Shown here: in pieces, positions 1-8,982 of the stretch | Layout of the letters: each line of letters begins with the position of its first letter | Position numbering within the stretch: position 1 is the first letter of the stretch | Assembly: GCA_025964355.1 (NCBI GenBank) | Contig: JAOPZB010000090.1 | Span: 1,419-65,418 of the forward strand | Length of the DNA stretch: 64,000 nucleotides | Source: Solirubrobacterales bacterium | Lineage (GTDB): Bacteria; Actinomycetota; Thermoleophilia; Solirubrobacterales; Solirubrobacteraceae | Direction: 5' to 3' | Notes under the pieces: model-generated | Seen by the model: only the letters and a program-made list of their open reading frames with translations | Databases searched by the model: none | Told to the model about the DNA's origin: nothing | Position numbers and translations under genes: made by a program

Positions 1-2067
1 GGGGCCCCTGTTGCAGCGATCGCTCGTCTGGATGGCTCCGTTGAAGAAGTCCGAGACGAGCTGCTGCTCCGCGGGGGTCGCCCGTGGCAGGCTGTGCGGG
101 TCTTCCCCGCTGCGGTTCGGCAGGTTTTCATACGGCGGCGGTTCGGTCCCCACGAATTTGCCTGAGCCGGACGGTGATTCGCGGATGGGGCCACCGTCCC
201 AGTAGTAGATCGCCGAGCCCGTGTAGGGGTATGACTTGATCGCCGGCACGTTCCAAAGTACGTTCGTCTGCGGCCAGCGGCCCGTGTACAGGACCGGCGT
301 GTGGGCACTCGCACCGATCGTGCGCGCCTCGACGTCGGCCTGGTAGTCGCTGACCTGGTGGTCGCCGAAGGCCACATCCATCAGGACCTGATGGGCCGGC
401 GTGTCGGGCAGCGGGTTGGTGGTCATCCGCGCGGCGTAGCCGTCGGGCTCGCCGCGGTCCCAAAGCAGCTGCATCATGTCGAAGACCAGCGGCCGCGCTT
501 CTTCATCGGGGTAGTTGGGGTAGAGGATCGATGCGAACGTGTCGAAGTCCACCGATCGCGGCAGCAGTACCGAGTAGTTCATCGCCGGCACGCCCAGCGA
601 TGCGCGGGTGAAGTCTGGCGAGATGGCGGTCAGCGCGCCGCCCATGATGCCGCCCTGGCTGTTGCCGTTGTAATACAGGTGACCGATGTTCATCACGGAC
701 GGCGTGGCCGGGGTGCCGTCCTGATGGAAGGCTTCGTTCGTCGTGAACCCGCCCGGGCTGATCATCGCCCGGCCGAGATAGAGCTCGTCCAGGAGGCCCT
801 GCTGCAGGCGGTCGGTGATCTTCGGGAACGACGAGAGGTTCTGCAGCGCCTGCACCACTGAGGGAATGTCCGATTCGGACATCCCGATCTCATCGGTCGC
901 GCACTGGACGATGTCGTGCCCCTGCGACAGGCTCCGCTGCGGCCCAGAGGCGACCTCGCCGGCGCTGCCGAAGAGACCGTGTCCGTAGAGCGAGGGACGC
1001 CCCGTTTCCGCGGCTCCGGTGGTCGCCACGCTGGGGATGATGCAGTCGAAGTTCGCGGGCCAGACGCCGTTCTGGATCGGCGTGCCTTCTAGGCCCAGCA
1101 CCATCGTGCCGCCGGGAGCACAGCTCGGGAACAGGAAGCATGGCACCAGCACGTTGCCTTTCACGCGCCGTGCGATCGGGCCCGGATTCGGTTCGTTTTC
1201 GACTTTGGTGACGGCGAAGGTGGGCGACGTTCCTTCGACCACTCCGTCGGCGAGGTTGTTGTCGCCGAGCGTCGAGAATGCTGCGTTGCGCATCGAGAGC
1301 TCGCGGCTGGTGTTGTTTTCGTCGCTCGCGACCGTGAAGTCCCATGCGAGATACAGGCTTGAGCGTTCGATTCCCGCCGCGTGCAGCTTCGAGAAGATTT
1401 CCTCGAAGCGGGGGCGCCGTTCGTTGACCTTTTCTTCAGACGAGGGGAGATTGTCGCGGTAGCGGCGGAATCCTTCAGGTGCCTGAAGGTGTTGCTTCCT
1501 GGCGTTGCGGAGATCGCGCAGGGCGACGATGTAGTGGCCGCCGGAGGTGAAGTTGATGGAGGGATGGATCTCGAGGTTCGCCTTTTCCGGTTTGACGGTC
1601 GAGTCGATCTCAACCCAGATTGGCCAGCGCTGCCCGGTGCTGGCGTCGATCACGACGACCGGCGCGTTGGCGTCCTTGTAGTGCCCCAGCTGGTTGATCG
1701 GCACGGTGTGCATGGCCGCGACGTCCGCCTTCGTTTCGATCCCGGGGATCTTCAAAGTGATCACCGAGCCGGGGCTGAAACCGTCGCCCGCGTTGTATGG
1801 GGCGACTTCGATGTGCTGGCCGGCGGCGTTGGTCGGGGTCGCCAGTTCCCTGAAATCGATGCGCCGCCCCGTCGCGCTGGTGGGGTCGGTCTTCGTGTAG
1901 TAGTCGTCCGGGAACGGCAGCATGCACTCCGAGCTGCCGGGGCTGGCGATGAACTCGCATTTTGGTTCGATCGGCAGTTCAGCCGATGCGGTCGTCAGCC
2001 CGCCGATCACCAACGACGCGGCGAGCGTGACCATGACGACGGCAACCCGACCCTTGACGTTCCTCAT
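1..2067 (-). CDS. Secreted alpha/beta-hydrolase (lipase-like), runs off the left window edge
   Basis: Translated by hand; absent from the ORF track because it has no stop in the window. Signal peptide MRNVKGRVAVVMVTLAASLVIGGLTTASA, then CMLPFPDDYY, NAGDGFSPG, YGHGLFGS and nucleophile elbow YYNGNSQGGIMG. RBS-like AAGGGG upstream; GTG 2070 is an alternative start. Confidence 0.8.
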   Translation of the reverse strand, partial: MRNVKGRVAVVMVTLAASLVIGGLTTASAELPIEPKCEFIASPGSSECMLPFPDDYYTKTDPTSATGRRIDFRELATPTNAAGQHIEVAPYNAGDGFSPGSVITLKIPGIETKADVAAMHTVPINQLGHYKDANAPVVVIDASTGQRWPIWVEIDSTVKPEKANLEIHPSINFTSGGHYIVALRDLRNARKQHLQAPEGFRRYRDNLPSSEEKVNERRPRFEEIFSKLHAAGIERSSLYLAWDFTVASDENNTSRELSMRNAAFSTLGDNNLADGVVEGTSPTFAVTKVENEPNPGPIARRVKGNVLVPCFLFPSCAPGGTMVLGLEGTPIQNGVWPANFDCIIPSVATTGAAETGRPSLYGHGLFGSAGEVASGPQRSLSQGHDIVQCATDEIGMSESDIPSVVQALQNLSSFPKITDRLQQGLLDELYLGRAMISPGGFTTNEAFHQDGTPATPSVMNIGHLYYNGNSQGGIMGGALTAISPDFTRASLGVPAMNYSVLLPRSVDFDTFASILYPNYPDEEARPLVFDMMQLLWDRGEPDGYAARMTTNPLPDTPAHQVLMDVAFGDHQVSDYQADVEARTIGASAHTPVLYTGRWPQTNVLWNVPAIKSYPYTGSAIYYWDGGPIRESPSGSGKFVGTEPPPYENLPNRSGEDPHSLPRATPAEQQLVSDFFNGAIQTSDRCNRGP

Positions 2068-2147
2068 CACCAGCCCCTTGTCGATAGCCGTCGGCCGGAC
2101 CTGCCTGAAGGCACAGACGCGACCCTCTCCCGGCGCGCAGACTAACA

Positions 2148-2330
2148 CTAAGCACTGGCCAGCTCTGTGTTGGCCCATTCGAGGATCGTGCTCAGGACGC
2201 GGCCCGTGGTCTCGAGCTCCTCGGCCGGCAGGTCCCTCCACAGACGCTGGGTTGTTGCGGTGCCCCGGCCAGCCTCGGTGAACCATGCGGCGGTCTGGTC
2301 ACCTGTCGAGACAACGGCGAGGACGTCGCC
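2148..2330 (-). pseudogene. 3' fragment of a MarR-like regulator with no start codon
   Basis: Third minus frame reads WFTEAGRGTATTQRLWRDLPAEELETTGRVLSTILEWANTELASA*, resembling MarR C-termini (LTxAGR...LWxDLPAE-L). An in-frame TGA lies upstream at 2349-2351 with no start codon after it. Confidence 0.45.
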
Positions 2331-2482
2331 TGAGCCGGCGCGCCCGCGTCACCCGTCGAACAGCCGCACGTGCTCGCTTCTGGTGCGCAGCAGCCTGCCT
2401 GCTCGCCGGGCTCGCAGCATGTGGCCTGCTGCTCGGGCGCACAGCAGGAGGCGGCCGCCTCGGCGGCGCTCAACTCAGCCAT
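2192..2482 (-). CDS. Small Cys-rich peptide (metallothionein-like or ArsM N-terminal leader-like)
   Basis: MAELSAAEAAASCCAPEQQATCCEPGEQAGCCAPEASTCGC...; the ATG overlaps the arsR 3' end and follows GAGGAG. Confidence 0.65.
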   Translation of the reverse strand: MAELSAAEAAASCCAPEQQATCCEPGEQAGCCAPEASTCGCSTGDAGAPAQATSSPLSRQVTRPPHGSPRLAGAPQQPSVCGGTCRPRSSRPRAAS

Positions 2483-2823
2483 GCCGACAGCTCCTCGAGG
2501 GCGTCCGGGATCACGTAGTAGTAGGCCCACAGTCCGCGGCGCTCGGAGTCGACTATCCCCGCGTCGCGGAGCTTCTTGAGGTGGTGGGACAGCGTCGGCT
2601 GGGCGATGTCGAACAGCGGCACGAGCTCGCACACGCAGACCTTCCCGGCGTGCTTTCGCAACACGTCGACGAGCTGCAGGCGAATCGGGTCACCCACGGC
2701 CTTCGCGACCTCCGCCATGCGGATCGCCTGCTCGCGCTGCACCTCCGGATAGACGACCGGCTCGCAGCATGGCTCGCCCGCGGCGCGCTTTGTCTTGGGG
2801 GTCAGCTCCAGATCGACGCTCAT
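2470..2823 (-). CDS. arsR: ArsR/SmtB family arsenic-responsive repressor
   Basis: AKAVGDPIRLQL, VCVCEL metal site, QPTLSHHLKKL HTH, N-terminal CC pair. Start set at ATG 2823. Confidence 0.92.
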   Translation of the reverse strand: MSVDLELTPKTKRAAGEPCCEPVVYPEVQREQAIRMAEVAKAVGDPIRLQLVDVLRKHAGKVCVCELVPLFDIAQPTLSHHLKKLRDAGIVDSERRGLWAYYYVIPDALEELSAWLS

Positions 2824-2839
2824 CGATCCACATATACCT

Positions 2840-2870
2840 ATTGAAGTGGCAATTGTCAATGCAATATGAT
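2840..2870. promoter_or_regulatory. Divergent arsR/metallophosphoesterase promoter with ArsR-type operator
   Basis: Inverted repeat ATTGA(2840-2844)-N11-TCAAT(2856-2860). A -10 TATGAT (2865-2870) lies 6 nt before GTG 2877. Confidence 0.6.
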
Positions 2871-2876
2871 CGAGCC

Positions 2877-3644
2877 GTGGACACCGGGCAGGCACGGCTG
2901 GGGGCACGGGGGACGAGCTCCGCGCCGGACAGCGTGGCGGTCATCACCGACATCCACGGCAACCTGGCGGCGCTGCAGGCGGCGCTCGCGCGGATCGAGC
3001 AGCTCGGCGTCCAGAGGGTGTTCTGTGGCGGGGACCTCGTCGGCTACGGTCCGCGTCCCAACGAGGTCTGCGCGTTGATCGCCGAGCGGGATATACCGAC
3101 GATCTACGGCAACTACGACTACGCCATCGCCCGAGACGAAGAGGACTGCGGCTGCGCCTACGTGTCTCCGCACGATCGCGAGCTCGGGCAGCTGTCCGTC
3201 GACTGGACGTTGGCGAACACCAGCGCCGCGTCCAAGGACTTCATGCGCCGACTGCCCTTCGACCTACGCTTCTCCCTCGGAGGCGTCGGTGTCCACCTCG
3301 TCCACGGCTCGCCCCGCAAAGTCAACGAGTACCTCTTCGAGGACAAGCCGGCAAGGCTCTACGAGCGGCTGGCCGCCGCCGAGAGCAATCGGGTCCTCGC
3401 GTTCGGGCATACGCACAAATCGTGGGTCCATGAGTACGGCGGCGTGCAGTTCGTCAACTGCGGCTCGGTCGGCAAGCCCAAGGATGGCGACCCACGCGGT
3501 GCGTTCGCACTGCTCACGCCCGTCGGCGAGAGCGCCGCCGTCACGATCGAGAGGATCGACTACGACGCCGAGGCCGTCGCTGCCGAGGTGAGAGAGGCTG
3601 GGCTCCCCGGCGAGCTCGCGGACAAGCTCCTGGTCGCGGCATGA
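2877..3644 (+). CDS. Calcineurin-like metallophosphoesterase
   Basis: Motifs DIHGN, GDLVGYG, GNYD, VHGSP, FGHTH, plus a CGC motif. Start set at GTG 2877. Confidence 0.9.
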   Translation: MDTGQARLGARGTSSAPDSVAVITDIHGNLAALQAALARIEQLGVQRVFCGGDLVGYGPRPNEVCALIAERDIPTIYGNYDYAIARDEEDCGCAYVSPHDRELGQLSVDWTLANTSAASKDFMRRLPFDLRFSLGGVGVHLVHGSPRKVNEYLFEDKPARLYERLAAAESNRVLAFGHTHKSWVHEYGGVQFVNCGSVGKPKDGDPRGAFALLTPVGESAAVTIERIDYDAEAVAAEVREAGLPGELADKLLVAA

Positions 3645-4354
3645 CCAACACACCCACCCTCGGGCGCCGTCTGCTGGCCGAGTTGCTCGGCTCGGCGTTT
3701 CTAGCCGCCCTCGTGATCGGCTCGGGGATCGCGGCGCAGACGCTGTCCCCGAACGACGTAGGCCTGCAGCTTTTCGAGAATGCCGCCGCCACGGCGGCGG
3801 GATTGTTCACGATCATCCTCATGTTCGGCCCCGTGTCCGGTGGCCACTTCAACCCGGCCGTGTCGCTCGCCGACGCCAGCTTCGGCGGGATCAGCTGGCG
3901 CGATGCGCTCGCCTACATCCTCGCGCAGGTGGCCGGCTGCGTCCTGGGGGCCGTCGCGGCCAACGGCATGTTCGCTCTGGCCGCCATCAGCATCTCCACC
4001 CATCACCGCGCCTCGCCCGCGCACCTGTTCGCCGAGGCGATCGCCACCGCCGGCCTGCTCCTGGTCATCTTCTCGCTCGCCCGAACCAGACGCCTAAGCG
4101 CGGCTCCTGCCGCCGTCGGCGCCTACATCGGCGCCGCCTACTTCTTCACGAGCTCGGCCAGCTTCGCCAACCCGGCGATCAGCGTTGGGCGCATGTTCTC
4201 CGACACCTTCGCCGGCATCGCACCTGCATCGGTCCCCGGATTCGTCCTGGCGCAGCTCCTCGGGGGCGCCGGCGCGATCCTCGTGATCAGAGTGCTCTAC
4301 CCGGACGTGACGCCGGCGCAGGCGGCGGAGGTCGTCGTTCCGCAATACGACTGA
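3641..4354 (+). CDS. MIP family aquaglyceroporin (AqpS-like As(III) channel)
   Basis: Two NPA boxes (GHFNPAV, FANPAI), hydrophobic helices, ATGA overlap with the upstream gene, ars context. Confidence 0.9.
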   Translation: MTNTPTLGRRLLAELLGSAFLAALVIGSGIAAQTLSPNDVGLQLFENAAATAAGLFTIILMFGPVSGGHFNPAVSLADASFGGISWRDALAYILAQVAGCVLGAVAANGMFALAAISISTHHRASPAHLFAEAIATAGLLLVIFSLARTRRLSAAPAAVGAYIGAAYFFTSSASFANPAISVGRMFSDTFAGIAPASVPGFVLAQLLGGAGAILVIRVLYPDVTPAQAAEVVVPQYD

Positions 4355-4573
4355 CGGCCCGCCGCCCGCGGCTCCGATCGGCCGGTCGGCTCGCAGCCAG
4401 CAGGCCGCGAACCTCTCCCGTATCCCCCATATGGATGACCCCACGATTGACTTGTGGACACGCACACAGGCGGCGTAGTCAAATCCTGGACAGCTGCCTA
4501 TATAGGGAAGTGATCGCCAACTGAAAGCGTACGCGGCTCCCGCAAGCCCAACGACTCCACGGAAGGACACTAC

Positions 4574-7500
4574 GTGATCGCGTTCTCACCTCGCCGGCTT
4601 CTCGCCACCGGGCTCGCCGCCCTTGGACTGCTCGTTTCACTTGCCCTGATCAGTCACGTCTCGCCGGCGGACGCATCGACGTTGGACCTCGAAACGCTCA
4701 CAGGGGCCCAGGCCGAGAAGATGTTACAAAAAGGTGAAACGACGTCGGTGGGCCTCGTCAAGGCGTACATGGCGCGAATCGAAGCGCTGAACAAGTCAGG
4801 GCCGGGCCTCAACGCCGTCACGCAGATCAACCCAAACGTGCTCAAGGAAGCCAAACGGGCCGACGAAGAGCGCGAAAGCGGAGTGAGCCTCGGGCCAGCC
4901 ATGGGGCTGCCGATCCTGCTCAAGGACATCATCGACGCGACGCCCATGTACACCTCGGCGGGGGACTGGGCCTTGCGCGAATCGTTTCCTCCCAGCGACT
5001 CGGGAGTGGCCAAGCAGCTTCGGGCACATGGGCTTGTGATCGTCGGCAAGCTGGGGCTGTCGGAGTGGGCCAACAGCTTCGGAAACCAGCCTTCCGGCTT
5101 CAGCAACCTGACCGGCCAGGTGCTCAACGCGATCGACACGGCCGCAGGACCGAGCGGCTCCTCCTCCGGCTCCGGGGCGGCGGCCGCAGCGGGACTCGCG
5201 ACCCTGACCATCGGCACCGAAACGTCCGGCTCGATCATCAGCCCGTCGACAGCACAGAGCGACGTCGGGCTCAAACCGACGGTCGGTCTCGTGCCGGGAT
5301 ACGGCATCGCCCCAATCGACGCCTCCCAGGACACGGCCGGTCCGATGGTGAAAACCGTCACGGACGCCGCGATGACGCTGCAGTCCATCGCGCAGGCTCC
5401 AGGGAGCGATCCCGCCGCCGACAAGGAGTATGAAGACATCATGGGTACCGAATTCAGGACGAACGGCGACGTCATCCAGGCACCCTTCAGCACTGTGCCG
5501 GACTACCTCTCGGCCCTGACCCTTGAATTCGTCAAAGGCAAGCGCATCGGCTACAACAGCAACACCTGTGTCCCGGTCGCGCCCGCGACGACATGCACGC
5601 CGACACCTACCCAGGAAGCGGTGCAGAAAGCTGTGACCGCCCTCGAAGCCGCCGGCGCGATCATGGTGCCCGACGCACCCACCACCGTCGCGACGATCCC
5701 GGCCCTCCCGACGGGATACGAGCAACACGCGACGATCGACGAGTACTACAAACGTCTCGGATCTGCCGCACCTGTCAAAAGCCTGGTGCAGGAGATCGAA
5801 GTCGACGCGACCAACCCGCAGGAGGCACTGAAGTTCGGCAACCTCACCCACTTCAACGAGTCGCTCGCCGAAGACACTCCGGGTGGCGCCAACCAGAAGT
5901 CCTATGAAGAAAAGCTGCCGATCCGCAAGCACGCCTTCCACGAAGCGCTCGCAAAGATGATGAATGAACCCAGCGGTGGTGGCGGCCCCGTCATCGCGGT
6001 CGTTGGTTCGGCCCCCAGCGTCCCGCAGGCGGGTGAACCGGAGATCACGATCCCGATGGGTTACAACCCCACGCAGCGGCGCGCGGTGGCCGCGAACGTG
6101 ATCGGTGGCGCATACGACGAGCTCAACCTGATCGGCGTGGGCTTCGTGATCGAACAGTTCACGAAATTGCACCAGCCGCCGGCGATGGTTGACCCCGCCA
6201 TGTATCGCTGCGCTCACACATTGCCGGCGGAGCCGTTCGCGACGCGTGGCCACTGCAACCCCGACTACGCCTCGATCACGAGCATGCCCGGCAGCCTGAA
6301 GACGGTACTGCCGTTCTCGCTGGAAACCACCTCGGCGGCGAGCCTCGAGGCGATGATGAACAGTGGCAAGCTCACCTCGAGGGAATTGGTGAAGGCCGAG
6401 CTCTACAGGATCGCTCTCACCAACGCAAATGGCCCGGCTCTCCAGGCGATCCGCAACGTCAGCCCGAAAGCCATCGAAGAAGCGGCCGCAAGCGACCAGG
6501 CGCGGCATAAGTCAAAGGCACCGCTGGGACCCCTCGCCGGCATCCCGGTGCTCGTGAGCGACTCGATGAACCTGTCGGGCCTGCCGACGAGCGCCGGCTC
6601 GATCGCCCTGCAGGACAACCTGCCCGCCGGCGACTCGACGATCGTCGCCAAGCTGAGGGCCGCCGGTGCGATCGTCCTCGGTGACACGAACACGACGGAG
6701 TTGGGTGGTGCCTTTGATCCGAACATGCCGCAGGGCTACTCCTCGCTCGGCGGTCAGGTGCTCCTGCCGTCCGACACGAACAAAACACCCGGCGGATCCT
6801 CGGCCGGCTCGGCTGTGGGAGTGTCCGCGGGCCTCGCGCCGCTGGCCATCGGCATGGAGACGTCGACCGACAGCGCGCAGATGATCGCACCGGCCGGTAA
6901 CGCGGGTGTGGTCGCCCTGAAGCCGACCGTCGGGCTCGTGAGCCGCGCAGGCGTCCTGCCGGTCGCCAAGTCACAGGACTCACCCGGGCCGATCGGCCAG
7001 ACGGTCGCCGACGTGGCCACCGGGCTCGGCGTGCTCGCCGGCCCCGATCCCGGCGACCCCGGTACAACGGGCCAGCCGAGCCCGCCGCCGGACTACTCGG
7101 CGGGACTGTCGACGACCGCGCTGAGCGGTAAGAAGGTCGCAGTCGTCTCGAGCACCACGGTGCCCTACCCCACGGCGGTCGCAGAGCTCGGAACGCTCGG
7201 TGCCACCACCACGGTGGTGACACCCGGCACGGGTACCACCGCGCCGAGCGTCATCCCCTATGAGTTCCACCGTGACCTGAACTCCTTCCTGTCAACCAGT
7301 AAACCGGGAGTCCCCACGTCGCTGCAGCAGATCATCGAATACGACAACGCCAACGCGACCGAGGGCCTGAAGTTCGCGCAGAACGGCCTGCTCGGCGCAC
7401 AGGCGGTCGACTACACCGATGCGACGACGACGTCGACCTATCAGGCGAACCTCGTCCAGGGCCGCTCCGACGACAGGGCGTTGATCGACAACATCCTCAA

Positions 7501-7888
7501 CAACGGGACGCCGGCTGAACCCGGCGACGACTACTCGGCCATCATGGTGCCGAGCGGCAGCCCGCTCGTCGGCATCGCCGACCGGGCCGGCTATCCGGTG
7601 CTGTCAGTGCCGGCCGGATACGCCGTCCAGAACAGCTCGACCGGCGGCGATCCGATCGGGGTGGACCTCATCGGCACCGCCTACAGCGAGGCTGCGCTCC
7701 TGGACTACGGCTATGCCTTCGAACAGGGGATGAACGTGCGCCAGGCCGGGCCCGCCTACATGCAGTCCGCGGCAAACCCGGCCTTCTCCGGTGCGCCGAG
7801 CGAGACGAACCAGAGCATGTGGAGGTGCGTGCCCGGAAGCGCGTTCTCCAAGCCCTACGAGTGCAATGCCGGCGAACTGACAAAGTGA
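4574..7888 (+). CDS. Secreted protein with two tandem amidase-signature domains
   Basis: Signal peptide. Domain 1: PILLKD, SGSSSGS, GTETSGSI, GLKPT. Domain 2: GGSSAGS, ALKPTVG. RBS GGAAGGA. Confidence 0.9.
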   Translation: MIAFSPRRLLATGLAALGLLVSLALISHVSPADASTLDLETLTGAQAEKMLQKGETTSVGLVKAYMARIEALNKSGPGLNAVTQINPNVLKEAKRADEERESGVSLGPAMGLPILLKDIIDATPMYTSAGDWALRESFPPSDSGVAKQLRAHGLVIVGKLGLSEWANSFGNQPSGFSNLTGQVLNAIDTAAGPSGSSSGSGAAAAAGLATLTIGTETSGSIISPSTAQSDVGLKPTVGLVPGYGIAPIDASQDTAGPMVKTVTDAAMTLQSIAQAPGSDPAADKEYEDIMGTEFRTNGDVIQAPFSTVPDYLSALTLEFVKGKRIGYNSNTCVPVAPATTCTPTPTQEAVQKAVTALEAAGAIMVPDAPTTVATIPALPTGYEQHATIDEYYKRLGSAAPVKSLVQEIEVDATNPQEALKFGNLTHFNESLAEDTPGGANQKSYEEKLPIRKHAFHEALAKMMNEPSGGGGPVIAVVGSAPSVPQAGEPEITIPMGYNPTQRRAVAANVIGGAYDELNLIGVGFVIEQFTKLHQPPAMVDPAMYRCAHTLPAEPFATRGHCNPDYASITSMPGSLKTVLPFSLETTSAASLEAMMNSGKLTSRELVKAELYRIALTNANGPALQAIRNVSPKAIEEAAASDQARHKSKAPLGPLAGIPVLVSDSMNLSGLPTSAGSIALQDNLPAGDSTIVAKLRAAGAIVLGDTNTTELGGAFDPNMPQGYSSLGGQVLLPSDTNKTPGGSSAGSAVGVSAGLAPLAIGMETSTDSAQMIAPAGNAGVVALKPTVGLVSRAGVLPVAKSQDSPGPIGQTVADVATGLGVLAGPDPGDPGTTGQPSPPPDYSAGLSTTALSGKKVAVVSSTTVPYPTAVAELGTLGATTTVVTPGTGTTAPSVIPYEFHRDLNSFLSTSKPGVPTSLQQIIEYDNANATEGLKFAQNGLLGAQAVDYTDATTTSTYQANLVQGRSDDRALIDNILNNGTPAEPGDDYSAIMVPSGSPLVGIADRAGYPVLSVPAGYAVQNSSTGGDPIGVDLIGTAYSEAALLDYGYAFEQGMNVRQAGPAYMQSAANPAFSGAPSETNQSMWRCVPGSAFSKPYECNAGELTK

Positions 7889-7963
7889 GTCCGGGCTGTT
7901 TCACCGCGACCGCCCTGATCGATTCCTGACGTCGATCTGGTAGGTCCGGGCCCGGTCTGCCCG

Positions 7964-7999
7964 GAGCTCCTCGACCCCGCACAGGGGGTCGAGGAGCTC
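7964..7999. terminator. Perfect 15-bp GC-rich hairpin downstream of the amidase
   Basis: GAGCTCCTCGACCCC-gcacag-GGGGTCGAGGAGCTC; no U-tract. Confidence 0.5.
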
Positions 8000-8067
8000 T
8001 GAAAGCCAGCCTCGACGCGGCGCTAACATCCGCCCGTGGCCGTCAGCGTGCAACCCGAGGCCCGAGA

Positions 8068-8982
8068 GTGAGGGGTCTCGCGCCGTCCGGCGAGCAGTTC
8101 GAGATACGCCACGGTGACCAGCTGGCGACGATCGTCGAGGTCGGCGGCGGCGTACGTGCCTTTGAGGTGGCAGACCGCCCCGTGCTCGACCCCTACCCGC
8201 TGGACAGCGTGTGCGAGGCGGCTCATGGCGCACCGCTGATCCCATGGCCCAACCGCCTCGCCGACGGGCGCTACAGGTTCGACGGGGTCGACCACCAGGT
8301 CGCCCTCACCGAGCCCGAGCGAGGCAATGCGATCCACGGCTTCCTGCGCTGGCGCAGTTGGATGGCCGCTGAACGAGACCCATCACGCGTCGTGATGCAG
8401 ACACGACTGCATCCGTTGGACGGCTACCCGTTCGCACTCGATGTCCGCATCGCATACGAGCTGAGCGACGCCGGTCTCACCGTGTCGACAAGCGCCACGA
8501 ACATCGGCGAGCGAACATGTCCCTACGGCGCGGGACAGCATCCCTACCTGTCGGGCGGAGGCGGTCTGATCGACAATTGCGTCCTGCAGCTGCCTGCCGA
8601 CACGATGATCACGGTCGACGAGCAGCGCAAGCTTCCCACCGGTCGGATGGCCGTCGATGGCACCCAGTTGGACTTCCGCCTGCCTCGCCGCCTGGGCGAT
8701 CAACAGGTGGATCTGGCCTTCACAGGGCTTGCCCGAGACGACGGACGCGCGCGGACGACCCTCTCGGCACCGGACGGCAGCCGCGTCGAGCTCTGGTCAG
8801 ACGACCGCTACCCCTACATCGAGCTGTATACCGGCGACGCTGTGCGGCCGCCCGGCCGACGTCGCGGGCTCGGCGTCGAGCCGATGACCTGCGCGCCAAA
8901 CGCCTTCCAGAGCGGCGACGGTCTCGTCAGGCTTCAACCGGGAGAGACGTTCACCGCCGCATGGGGCGTGCGGCTGGTGTGA
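8068..8982 (+). CDS. Aldose 1-epimerase family protein
   Basis: LIPWPNRLADGRY, NAIHG, GQHPY, GVEPMTCAPNAF. Confidence 0.9.
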   Translation: MRGLAPSGEQFEIRHGDQLATIVEVGGGVRAFEVADRPVLDPYPLDSVCEAAHGAPLIPWPNRLADGRYRFDGVDHQVALTEPERGNAIHGFLRWRSWMAAERDPSRVVMQTRLHPLDGYPFALDVRIAYELSDAGLTVSTSATNIGERTCPYGAGQHPYLSGGGGLIDNCVLQLPADTMITVDEQRKLPTGRMAVDGTQLDFRLPRRLGDQQVDLAFTGLARDDGRARTTLSAPDGSRVELWSDDRYPYIELYTGDAVRPPGRRRGLGVEPMTCAPNAFQSGDGLVRLQPGETFTAAWGVRLV

